A stretch of 64,000 bases of DNA from Gemmatimonadota bacterium. GTDB taxonomy: Bacteria; Gemmatimonadota; Gemmatimonadetes; Gemmatimonadales; Gemmatimonadaceae. Of the stretch, positions 39,488 to 48,163 are shown in pieces. The position numbers were made by a program, and so were the translations under genes. The DNA is taken from the NCBI GenBank assembly GCA_040389905.1, contig JAZJZK010000007.1, forward strand, positions 255,492 to 319,491. The letters run 5' to 3'. The notes beneath the pieces were generated by a model. It was not told the DNA's origin. It worked only from the letters and a program-made list of their open reading frames with translations, and made no database searches. The first letter of the stretch is position 1. Every line of letters starts with the position of its first letter.

Positions 39488-40868
39488 TGGTTTCGCGTAT
39501 TCGAACTGTCTTGATGTTCATGAATTCGCGCATGCCAACGTCCGCAAGCTCACGGCCATAGCCTGACGATTTTACTCCGCCAAACGGAAACCGGGGGTCC
39601 GATGCCACCATCTCATTCACGAACACGCTTCCGCTGTCGATCTCGCGAATGAAGCGCTCCCGCTCTCCCGAGTCGGTGGTCCACACACTCGCCGCGAGCC
39701 CGAAGCGTGTGTCGTTTGCAATACGAATGGCGTCGTCAATGTCATCGACGACGAACACGCAACCAACAGGTCCGAACAGTTCTTCCCTGTAGGCGGGCGA
39801 ATCAGCCGGGATATCAGTGAGCACGGTCGCGGGAAAGTAGGCGGAGTCCTCGCGCTCTCGTGCGCCGCCACAGAGAAGCCGCGCTCCGCGCTGAACAGAG
39901 CGCGCGACCTGTTCTTCCAACTCTGCGGCAAGGGTAACGGTCGCAAGTGGTCCGAGTTGCGTTTTCGGAGACACCGGATCGCCGACGGCCAAGGCGCTCA
40001 TGCCCGCTGTAAACACGCGCGTGAAGTCTTCGGCAACGTCGCGATGCACGATGAAGCGCTTGGCGGCAATGCAACTCTGTCCATTGTTGATCGTGCGCGC
40101 CTTCACCGCCGTCTCCGCAGCGAGCGCAATGTTGGCGCTCGGCATGACGATGAATGGATCGCTCCCACCCAATTCGAGCACACACTTCTTGAGCGCCTTG
40201 CCGGCCGTCGCTGCGACGCTGCGCCCGGCGCCCTCGCTACCGGTCAGTGTCACGGCAGCCACTCGGGAGTCGAGGATGACCTCCGCCACCGCCTCGCTCC
40301 CGATCATCAGCGTCTGAAAAACACCGTCGGGCGCACCCGCACGGCGAAGTAACGACTCGAGTTCCAGCGCGCACTGCGGCACATTCGACGCGTGCTTCAG
40401 CAGACCAACATTTCCCGCGACGAGCGCAGGCGCGAGGAAGCGAACGACTTGCCAGAAGGGAAAATTCCACGGCATGATCGCGAGCACCACGCCCAGTGGA
40501 TCGTAGGCGATGAACGACTCGTGATCGGCGTCCATCACGCGTTGGTCCGTCAGAAACGATGGGCCGTGCTCCGCATAGTAGCGGCACGCGAGCGCACACT
40601 TCTCCGCCTCGGCCACTGCGGCTCGGATTGGCTTCCCCATCTCGAGGGTCATCAGTTTTCCGAGACGCTCCTTCTCGTCGTCGAGGAGTTCGGCGACGCG
40701 ACGCACAACGTCCACGCGCTCGTTTACCGGCGTGCGTCTCCAGGCGTGCGCCGCAGTCGCGGCCAGCGCCAGTCGGTGCTCGACGTCGGAGTCGGCGTGC
40801 CCGCTGATCTCCGCGAGCAGTTCGCCAGTGGCAGGATTGACAGAGCGAAAGTGCGTCGCTTTCGACAA
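39459..40868 (-). CDS. NAD(P)-dependent succinate-semialdehyde dehydrogenase
   Basis: 'SVNPATG', 'MPWNFPFWQ', 'LTGSEGAG', 'LELGGSD', 'GQSCIAAKR', 'EELFGPV', 'FGGVKSSGYGREL'. Confidence 0.93.
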   Translation of the reverse strand: MSKATHFRSVNPATGELLAEISGHADSDVEHRLALAATAAHAWRRTPVNERVDVVRRVAELLDDEKERLGKLMTLEMGKPIRAAVAEAEKCALACRYYAEHGPSFLTDQRVMDADHESFIAYDPLGVVLAIMPWNFPFWQVVRFLAPALVAGNVGLLKHASNVPQCALELESLLRRAGAPDGVFQTLMIGSEAVAEVILDSRVAAVTLTGSEGAGRSVAATAGKALKKCVLELGGSDPFIVMPSANIALAAETAVKARTINNGQSCIAAKRFIVHRDVAEDFTRVFTAGMSALAVGDPVSPKTQLGPLATVTLAAELEEQVARSVQRGARLLCGGAREREDSAYFPATVLTDIPADSPAYREELFGPVGCVFVVDDIDDAIRIANDTRFGLAASVWTTDSGERERFIREIDSGSVFVNEMVASDPRFPFGGVKSSGYGRELADVGMREFMNIKTVRIRETISGGGAVSK

Positions 40869-40873
40869 ATCAC

Positions 40874-41353
40874 TTACTCCTTGCGATAGACGGACTGCCA
40901 GCCGTGTGAGAGCGCGCCGATGCCCGCGCCGAGCAGAGCAGAAGGTACGCCAACGAGAGCTGCACCGTAGGCCGTGACCTCCACGAACTCAATGGTGTTG
41001 TGGCAATTATGGTTGCAGTAGACGTTGAAAAGGAGAGCGCTGAGCACCGCGCCGACGACCCCGCCAGTTATTCCACCAATCCTTGCGCCCTTCGCCCACT
41101 GATTGCCTTGTCGCGAAACAACATTGATGTCCCGGAGTGCGACCTGGCGTGTCGTATCCGACTCGGCAAGCCGGACCGAATCCGCAGATGAGCCGAGGAG
41201 TCGTCCCTCGTGAATGCCCTTCGTTTCGAGGCGGAGCAAGTCGCCGGGGCGCTGTGCGGTGATCGTGGCGACCAGCCGTGGATCGATGACAAGCTGTGCC
41301 GCGGCTGGTGCGGAGATCGTGGCGAGCAGGGCCAAGACAAGGAACGTTCTCAT
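40874..41353 (-). CDS. Hypothetical exported protein with glycine-zipper tail
   Basis: Signal peptide; 'GARIGGITGGVVG', 'LLGAGIGAL...W..VY'. Confidence 0.7.
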   Translation of the reverse strand: MRTFLVLALLATISAPAAAQLVIDPRLVATITAQRPGDLLRLETKGIHEGRLLGSSADSVRLAESDTTRQVALRDINVVSRQGNQWAKGARIGGITGGVVGAVLSALLFNVYCNHNCHNTIEFVEVTAYGAALVGVPSALLGAGIGALSHGWQSVYRKE

Positions 41354-41460
41354 TTATCGCTCTCGGTGTGTTTCACTGTAACGCGTCACCGCGGGCGATA
41401 TCGGCTCACGGGAATGTCACAGCCGCGAGCACGCGAACCAAAACGAGCGGAACTGCCACT

Positions 41461-41748
41461 TCACAGCCACGCGCGCATGGCGCGCACGAACCACACCAGG
41501 GCATCCCACGTCCCACCGAGGAGGCGTTTCGCGGCAACCTTGTCCGTCGCGCTGAGTACGACGCCAACTGCAGCGACACCCACAACGGCTCGTACGATCG
41601 TGCCCTTGATGTGAACGCGCGAGCCGGCGCTGTCCGGGGCTATTACGCTCGAGTCAGGTATCGATGGTTGCGGGCCCGTCTGCTGGGCATACGCCGGCGC
41701 CGACGCGAGCAGCAGCAATCCGATACACGCCATTTTCCATTTCGTCAT
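41461..41748 (-). CDS. Small hypothetical exported/membrane protein
   Basis: Signal peptide ending 'APAYA' plus a hydrophobic segment. Confidence 0.5.
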   Translation of the reverse strand: MTKWKMACIGLLLLASAPAYAQQTGPQPSIPDSSVIAPDSAGSRVHIKGTIVRAVVGVAAVGVVLSATDKVAAKRLLGGTWDALVWFVRAMRAWL

Positions 41749-41799
41749 TTCGCGCTCCGTGTTGTTTCCACGTAACGCGTGATGAGGCGCGGCTTTGGC

Positions 41800-43626
41800 T
41801 CAGCCGGGCATTTCCCCCAGCCCCTCTTCGCGCCACCAGCCGTCGACTCCTTCCTCGGCGCCGAAGATGCGCTTCCACCACGGAACGCGACGCTCACGCT
41901 CGAGCACCGCGCCAGCGGCGACGCGCCACGACTCCTGCATGGCCTGCGCGTCTGGGAAGCGCGCCTCGGCGTCAGGAGACAGTCCGCGCTTGAGCCATTC
42001 GCCGATCTCGGGCGCAACGCGGCTGACGTCCAATTCGCCGGACAGCTCGCGCGCGAGAATCACCTTGCTCTCGGCATCGCCAAATGGCGGCGCGCCGGTG
42101 AGCACAAACGCGACAATCGCCGCGAGCGAGAAGCAGTCGGCGGCCGCTTCCTGGGGTTCGCCAAGGAGCTGCTCCGGGGGTGAAAACGCCGGTGTTCCGG
42201 AGGCGCCGGTCGGCTCCTCACCGCCGGGGTTCGCGATGCCGAAGTCGGCAACCCGCCAACGGCGATAGCGATCGATGAGAATGTTTTCCGGCTTGAGATC
42301 GCGATGCACGATTCCAATGGCGTGCGCAGCAGCGAGTCCGCTGAGCACGCTGTCGATCTGCGGTGCAACCTCAGCGAGCGTGCGCGCACCGGCACGCGCC
42401 ACCAGGTCGGCGACCGACCCGCCTTCCGCGAGCTCCATCGTGTACCACGCGACATCGCCACGGCTGTCCCAATCATAGATCGGGACGATGGACGGATGCG
42501 CGAGCTGCGCGGCCAGTCGCGCCTCGCGGCGAAATCTGCCAACCGCGCGCTCGTCTCTCGCGACATGCTGGTGCAACAGTTTCAATGCGACCTCTCGGCC
42601 CAATGAGAGATCGCGAACTCGCCAGACGGAGCCGAACGTGCCGGACCCGAGTGGCGCGAGGACTTCGTAGTCATCACCAAGCGCCCAGCGCAGCCGCACT
42701 TCGGGCGACTCGCGCGACGCCGCCGTGTGCTCACCGCTGAGCGTGAGCACGGTGCGGCTTCCGAGAATGCGATCCATCGCGCGGACCATGGCAGCAACGG
42801 ATCCGAAGCGCTTGTCGGGGTCCGCCGACAGCGCCCGATCGATGACGTTCGATACCGACGGTGGAATGTCAGGCCGCACAAGTGAGGTGGGCGGAATGTC
42901 GTCGCGCGGCGGCGACTCCCCGGTCAGTGCATGAAAGCAGAGGGCGCCCAGCTGCCATTGATCGCTCAGGTACGTTGGCGACCAACCATCGCCCCACTCG
43001 GGAGGTAGTGGCATCCCCGTGGTATCCGGCGCGAGCGAATCCGGAATCGTGGCGAGCGGTACCGCCCACTGCCAGCCGAGCAGCCACAGGCGGCCCATGG
43101 GCGTGGACCACACATTGTGGACCGAAAGGGCACCGTGGGTGCTGCCCGCGTCGTGCAGATACGAGAGCGTCGAACCGATTTCCCGCATGACGCGGAGCAC
43201 CGCAGGGACGTCCTCGGCGCCTGCGCGCCCCAGGCGGGCGCCAACGGTTTCGCCGGCAATCCAGCGGCGCAGATATCCTGGACCGCGCCGGCTCTCCGCA
43301 TACGTGGCCCAATAGTGATACGTCGTGGGGACCGCCGGATGATTCCGGTGGGCCAACGCTCTCGCCTCGGCCTCGAGCCACGCCGCGTGGTCAGGCGCAG
43401 GTGCCGTGACGAGCGATAGCGACCGGCCAAGCGCGTCGATGACTTCCTGAAGATGCCGGTATTGGTGCCACAATCCCTCGGACCCCCAGTTCCATCCCGG
43501 CGGCAACTGCCACTCCGCGAGATGCTCGGGGAGCGCGTTGGAAACACGGTGGACCTCGCCGGTCGAGCGAAGTGGGCGTTCCGTCGCGGAACGAGTGCGG
43601 GCCGCCGGGGCAGTCGTACGAGTCAC
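41800..43626 (-). CDS. Ser/Thr protein kinase with an N-terminal degenerate kinase domain
   Basis: C-terminal domain 'LGSGTFGSVW', 'VALK', 'HRDLKPEN', 'DFG'; N-terminal domain 'HPAVP', 'YLH..HGALSVHNV', 'SDQWQLG'. Confidence 0.9.
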   Translation of the reverse strand: MTRTTAPAARTRSATERPLRSTGEVHRVSNALPEHLAEWQLPPGWNWGSEGLWHQYRHLQEVIDALGRSLSLVTAPAPDHAAWLEAEARALAHRNHPAVPTTYHYWATYAESRRGPGYLRRWIAGETVGARLGRAGAEDVPAVLRVMREIGSTLSYLHDAGSTHGALSVHNVWSTPMGRLWLLGWQWAVPLATIPDSLAPDTTGMPLPPEWGDGWSPTYLSDQWQLGALCFHALTGESPPRDDIPPTSLVRPDIPPSVSNVIDRALSADPDKRFGSVAAMVRAMDRILGSRTVLTLSGEHTAASRESPEVRLRWALGDDYEVLAPLGSGTFGSVWRVRDLSLGREVALKLLHQHVARDERAVGRFRREARLAAQLAHPSIVPIYDWDSRGDVAWYTMELAEGGSVADLVARAGARTLAEVAPQIDSVLSGLAAAHAIGIVHRDLKPENILIDRYRRWRVADFGIANPGGEEPTGASGTPAFSPPEQLLGEPQEAAADCFSLAAIVAFVLTGAPPFGDAESKVILARELSGELDVSRVAPEIGEWLKRGLSPDAEARFPDAQAMQESWRVAAGAVLERERRVPWWKRIFGAEEGVDGWWREEGLGEMPG

Positions 43627-43678
43627 GACGTCAAACTAGCGGGCGCATCGCTCGTGAGAGAGTGCTCGGAGGCCCACA

Positions 43679-43993
43679 TCACATTCGTGACTCAGCGAGC
43701 ACTTCCTCGGCGGCGTGGTGGAACGCAGGCAGCAGCGAAACGTCGGGAAGGACACTGACCTCGACGGTGCGTACGCGCAGTGGCTCTCCGCCGAGGGGTG
43801 CGGCGGATTGGAGGGAGGGCACATGCAGCGTGACGGCAACGATGCGCCACATCGTACTCGGGCGCGACATCGTGCCGTCGCTTTCCACGGTATCGAGCTG
43901 GAGCACTTCGCCACGCGATGGAATCACTGCGCTCTGACACTCGGCGAGAAGCTGCTCGTTGCGGTCGTGGCGGGTGACGCGAAGCGTGATCAT
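43679..43993 (-). CDS. Hypothetical protein
   Basis: Globular-looking ORF 'MITLRVTRHD...WRIVAVTLHVP'; CATGAT 6 nt before ATG. Confidence 0.55.
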   Translation of the reverse strand: MITLRVTRHDRNEQLLAECQSAVIPSRGEVLQLDTVESDGTMSRPSTMWRIVAVTLHVPSLQSAAPLGGEPLRVRTVEVSVLPDVSLLPAFHHAAEEVLAESRM

Positions 43994-44073
43994 GCCGTCA
44001 TCATGCAGTTGAGGTTGGCCCAAGTTAAGCGTGAGAGATGGCGCAGAGCCAGCACGCGAGCAAGAATACAGTG

Positions 44074-44100
44074 CGAAACCAACGACGTTCATACCGCGTA
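44074..44100 (+). promoter_or_regulatory. ECF-sigma-like promoter CGAAAC-N17-CGTA
   Basis: 34 nt upstream of ATG 44135. Confidence 0.7.
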
Positions 44101-44134
44101 CGGATGACTGCACCCCGAACAGGACGAGGTTCCC

Positions 44135-44413
44135 ATGTGGTTCATTCTGAGTTTTGCCATTTCGACGGTAGTGGGCATCTTCGCCTATGCACAGGCGCGC
44201 AATTTCGTGACGCGCCGCCTTCGGTACGTTGACGCGGTTCAGTCCGGTCTCGCACCAATCATTGCCGGTGTGGTCGTCGCGGTCATCTGCCTGCCCATCG
44301 TGGGGCTTCTCCCACTGGTTGGCGTCGGTACGGCGCTGACGCTCGGTTTGGCGGTCGGTGCGGGCGTTGCGGCTGGAGCGCGCGACGTACGCAACAAGCT
44401 TCCGGGGTACTGA
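44135..44413 (+). CDS. Small membrane protein
   Basis: RBS GAGG; 2-3 hydrophobic helices. Confidence 0.75.
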   Translation: MWFILSFAISTVVGIFAYAQARNFVTRRLRYVDAVQSGLAPIIAGVVVAVICLPIVGLLPLVGVGTALTLGLAVGAGVAAGARDVRNKLPGY

Positions 44414-44470
44414 TCAGCGAGACAGGTCGCCACTCGGAGTGAGGTCACGGCTGTGGTATGCGCCGGACAT

Positions 44471-44610
44471 CAGCTATGTCAGGTGCTCAGTAGCCAGCCG
44501 CAGCCAACAGTTGATCAGAGGGTGTGGCGCTCTGGTGCGATGCGCCCGTTACGCCGCACCCCCTGATAGTCTGATAACTGCGGCTGATCACTGAGCACCT
44601 GTCACATCTG
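44471..44610. repeat. Degenerate 7-periodic inverted repeat (CAG / CTG)
   Basis: TGTCAGGTGCTCAGTAGCCAGCCGCAG...ATCAG pairs with CTGAT...CTGCGGCTGATCACTGAGCACCTGTCA. Confidence 0.75.
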
Positions 44611-44718
44611 CGGCCGGTACGCAGAAGCCTGGTCAACCCGATCTCACGGTCGCAGCACCGCTACTTTTCCCTGATGCCATCGACCGCGACCCGCGTACGA
44701 ACTGACGTGCGAGTATAA

Positions 44719-46227
44719 GTGCGCCTTTTCGTCATCCTGTATCGGCTCGGCCCGATCGCGATCGCATTCTGGCGCGACTATCGTCGGTGGCTGTTTTTCG
44801 GGGCTCCCGCGCGTCGCACTGACGCCGATCACGAACGCAGGGCGCAGCGGCTCGTCGTGGAGCTCGCGGCACTCGGGCCGACCTTCGTGAAGGGGGCGCA
44901 AGTCTTCGCGGGTCGCTCGGACATTCTCTCGGTGACGTACGCGAAGGCGCTGACGAGTCTCACCGACCGCGTGCCCGCCATTCCTGTCGAGGACGTCGAG
45001 CGCATCATCATCCAGGAGTACGGCACACGCGCCGAGGACTTGTTCGAGCGCTTCGATCGCACGCCGCTCGCCGCGGCGTCACTGGGGCAGGTGCATCGCG
45101 CGCGATACGACGGCGAGGAGGTGGTGATCAAGGTGCTCCGGCCCGGCGTCGAAGCCCTGGTGGCCAAGGACGTCAAGGCCGCGAAGCAGATTGTGCGCGT
45201 CGTCGAACGGTGGTGGCCCAACCCACACGTCATCGGGACACGTGTCGTGATCGAGGAGTTCTCGATTCGCGTACTGGAAGAGATGGATTTCCGGATGGAG
45301 GCGGCGCACGCGGTTTCCATCCGCGGCAATTTCGCCGGGTCCAGCGCGGTGTGGATTCCGCGCGTGATCGCGCCGATGGTTCGGCAGCGCGCACTCGTAC
45401 TCGAGTACTGCCCCGGCCGGCGCATTGACCAACTCGAGGAGTGGGTGACCAGCGGGCGCGTCGAGCCGCAGGAACTCGTTCGCGAAGTGATGGAACTCTA
45501 TGCGCGGATGATGCTCGTGCATGGACTGTTTCACGCAGACCCGCATCCAGGGAACATGCACGTCGCGGCTGATGGCAGAATCATCCTGCTCGACTTTGGC
45601 ATGGTCGTGCGGGTGCCGTTGGAGCTCCGGCGCGAACTGGTGCAGGCGATCTTCGCAGCCATTCGCCGAGATGCGCCGGCGCTGTCCGACAGCTTTTACC
45701 GTCTTGGGCTCGTGGCTACGGGCGCCGATCCAACGGTGATCCGCCAACTGGCGTCGACGCTGCTCTCGCTCGCCGACCAACGCACCACCACGCGCGAACG
45801 GGTTCAACGGCTGGCCGACGAAGTCCTGACGACGATTTACGACTGGCCAATCGTGCTGCCCAGCCAGCTCGTGTACTTCGCACGGACGGCATCGTTGATC
45901 GAGGGGCTTGGCAACCACTACGATACGCACTTCAACGCGCTGGCATTTGCCACGCCGATCGCTCTCTCGTTGCGCGGCCCTATCCTCGCCTCGCTCTATC
46001 CAGACGGAGATGGCCCGTCGTTCGATGCGGCGCGCGTTGTCGGTGCCGCGTTGGGTGCTGTCGTGCGTATCGTCAAACAGGCCTCGCTCGACGTCTTCGG
46101 TGCGATCCGGGACGCGATTGCCGTTGCCTCGATACCGACTCCCCAGCCGCTCACCACTGAGGTCGTTCGAACGAACGGCGGCGCGATCGCTTACACGACC
46201 CAAAAGAAAATCTCCGCAGATCACTAG
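44719..46227 (+). CDS. ABC1/UbiB/AarF atypical kinase
   Basis: 'LGPTFVKGAQ', 'PLAAASLGQVHRA', 'VVIKV.RP', 'FHADPHPGN', 'LLDFGMV'. Confidence 0.93.
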   Translation: MRLFVILYRLGPIAIAFWRDYRRWLFFGAPARRTDADHERRAQRLVVELAALGPTFVKGAQVFAGRSDILSVTYAKALTSLTDRVPAIPVEDVERIIIQEYGTRAEDLFERFDRTPLAAASLGQVHRARYDGEEVVIKVLRPGVEALVAKDVKAAKQIVRVVERWWPNPHVIGTRVVIEEFSIRVLEEMDFRMEAAHAVSIRGNFAGSSAVWIPRVIAPMVRQRALVLEYCPGRRIDQLEEWVTSGRVEPQELVREVMELYARMMLVHGLFHADPHPGNMHVAADGRIILLDFGMVVRVPLELRRELVQAIFAAIRRDAPALSDSFYRLGLVATGADPTVIRQLASTLLSLADQRTTTRERVQRLADEVLTTIYDWPIVLPSQLVYFARTASLIEGLGNHYDTHFNALAFATPIALSLRGPILASLYPDGDGPSFDAARVVGAALGAVVRIVKQASLDVFGAIRDAIAVASIPTPQPLTTEVVRTNGGAIAYTTQKKISADH

Positions 46228-46269
46228 TGGATCAGCGGCGATATTGGAACTGCGGAACAGCAATAGCAA

Positions 46270-46350
46270 TTAACCACCAGAGGACACAGAGGACACGGAG
46301 AATTGCCTGAGCAGTTTGTTCTCTGTGTCCTCTGTGTCCTCTGTGGTTAA
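46270..46350. repeat. 9-mer inverted repeat (ACAGAGGAC)n ... (CTCTGTGTC)n
   Basis: TTAACCACCAGAGGACACAGAGGACACGGAGAA / TTCTCTGTGTCCTCTGTGTCCTCTGTGGTTAA between convergent genes. Confidence 0.92.
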
Positions 46351-46410
46351 GGCTTTGTTTCTGCAGTCAGGGGCTTTGTTTCTGTGGTTACAGCTTTGTC
46401 GTGGCCGATC

Positions 46411-48159
46411 CTACCTCAGCTGTACCCGCGCGAGATGGACGCCGTTCGCATCGCGGGTGGAGAGGTAGACGATCTTCCCCTTGCCGAATCCGATGAGCGT
46501 GAAGCCCTGCGGAATCTGAATCCGATCAACCAACTCACCAGCGCGACTGATGACGTCGAAGATGGGCCCGCCAGCAATAGGTGTGGGCGTGTTGATGTGA
46601 ACCCACAGGTTGCCGTCTCCATCCGCGCGGACGCTGTTCTCGCCGAATGGTGGCTTGTAGTCGGGCAGGTCCTGTGGATCCATGACGCCTGATGTGCGCA
46701 ACTGCGGCATCGGCGGCGCGTTGCCACCAGGCACCACCAAGGGAGCCGGAATGCAAGAGGGCCGGCCGGTCGTCGAGTTGAGTAGCGCTTGCGCTTCACG
46801 GCTAAGGCCCTGATTGCCGCCACCGGCGCCGCCGCGACCGCCGAAGCCGCCGCCGTCGCCGCCGCGGTTGCCACCACCATCACCGCCGCCGCGTGCCGGC
46901 CGATCTCCGCCCGCACCGCCGGGGAAGCCGCCACCCGGGAAACCGCCGCCCGGGAAGCCACCACCACGGCCACCGCGGCCGCCGCGGCCGGTCTGTGCGT
47001 CGGATGAATCCCTATCGGCAGCGGGAACCGCACCGGCCAGCATTTCCGGCTCCTCGCCCTCGGCGCAGGCGTAGATGTAGTTCGCAGGCATCTTGAGCGT
47101 GGGCGGAAGCTTCCATTCGCGCTGGAACCCCGCCGGCGGTGTGAAGCCCGCCGGGATCTCGAGCGAGTCCGGATAGCTCTTCCCGTACTGATTCACCCAG
47201 CGAATGAGCTGCTGCAGATACCCGCTCATGGCTCGACGCGTCTGAACGTTTCGCACTGAATCCACGAGGAGTTGCTTGGTGGAATCGTTCAGGCGTTGCC
47301 ACGGATACGGAAGCTTCGCGGAGGATGTAATCTTGCCATCCCCATCGCGATACTCGACGCGGTAGTCACGTGCGCGAAGGAACGCGATGATGCCATCCGG
47401 GAGCACGGCCCATTCATCCGTCGCCGGGAGCGGGTTCGTGACCGAGGTAAAGTTGAATCCGCCCGCCGGGTTGACCCGGACGCTGTTCTCCTCCTTTGGA
47501 ATCTTGATCACACCGAGTGTGTCGAGCTTCCGCGTGTCCATCGTGATGCCGACGATGAACGCGGAGTCAGGCTGCTGCGGAATCCAGGGTGTATCACGCG
47601 GGGGAGCTACTTTCGGCCGTCCCGGCTGGGCATTGATGCGATAGACGATCCGCCCCTTCGAATCCACACCGGGCAGGCCGCTGAAGCCGGACAGTGCGCC
47701 CGCATCCTGGATGCGTGGCAGCGACCGCACGCGCGCGATCTTGCCGTCCTTGTCGAGGAGGATCATGGCGAACGCGGCGCCATCGATGAAAATCGTCGTA
47801 TCGCCACGGTAGCTGATCATGCCGCCGGCTCGCGTGCCGTAGTACTGGCGTGTCTCACTCAATGAATCGAGTACGACCTTGACGAGCTTCAGCGACGAAT
47901 CGAGCATCAGCAGTCTGCGGCGCTGGCCATCGTTCAGCAGCACGCGTCCGTCGCTCAGCTGTTTCACGCTGGTGATCGAGCCCAGCTGCTCCGTGGAGAC
48001 GGCGGACGCCGTCGAGATGCGCCGGATCGCCGGACCCGGCGTAAGCGTGGGCAGGGCTGCCGGTTGGCGTGCTGGCGGTGCCGCGGGCGTCGTCTGCGCG
48101 CCGGCAACGTGTGCCGCGGCAACCATCGCGAGCGCTGTGACCTTCTGCAATGTCTTCAT
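46411..48159 (-). CDS. Exported beta-propeller-like protein with Gly/Arg-rich insert
   Basis: Signal peptide; blades 'LSDGRVLLND', 'DSKGRIVY', 'ADGDGNLWV'; GGRGG/GGGFP low-complexity tract. Confidence 0.75.
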   Translation of the reverse strand: MKTLQKVTALAMVAAAHVAGAQTTPAAPPARQPAALPTLTPGPAIRRISTASAVSTEQLGSITSVKQLSDGRVLLNDGQRRRLLMLDSSLKLVKVVLDSLSETRQYYGTRAGGMISYRGDTTIFIDGAAFAMILLDKDGKIARVRSLPRIQDAGALSGFSGLPGVDSKGRIVYRINAQPGRPKVAPPRDTPWIPQQPDSAFIVGITMDTRKLDTLGVIKIPKEENSVRVNPAGGFNFTSVTNPLPATDEWAVLPDGIIAFLRARDYRVEYRDGDGKITSSAKLPYPWQRLNDSTKQLLVDSVRNVQTRRAMSGYLQQLIRWVNQYGKSYPDSLEIPAGFTPPAGFQREWKLPPTLKMPANYIYACAEGEEPEMLAGAVPAADRDSSDAQTGRGGRGGRGGGFPGGGFPGGGFPGGAGGDRPARGGGDGGGNRGGDGGGFGGRGGAGGGNQGLSREAQALLNSTTGRPSCIPAPLVVPGGNAPPMPQLRTSGVMDPQDLPDYKPPFGENSVRADGDGNLWVHINTPTPIAGGPIFDVISRAGELVDRIQIPQGFTLIGFGKGKIVYLSTRDANGVHLARVQLR

Positions 48160-48163
48160 GGTA

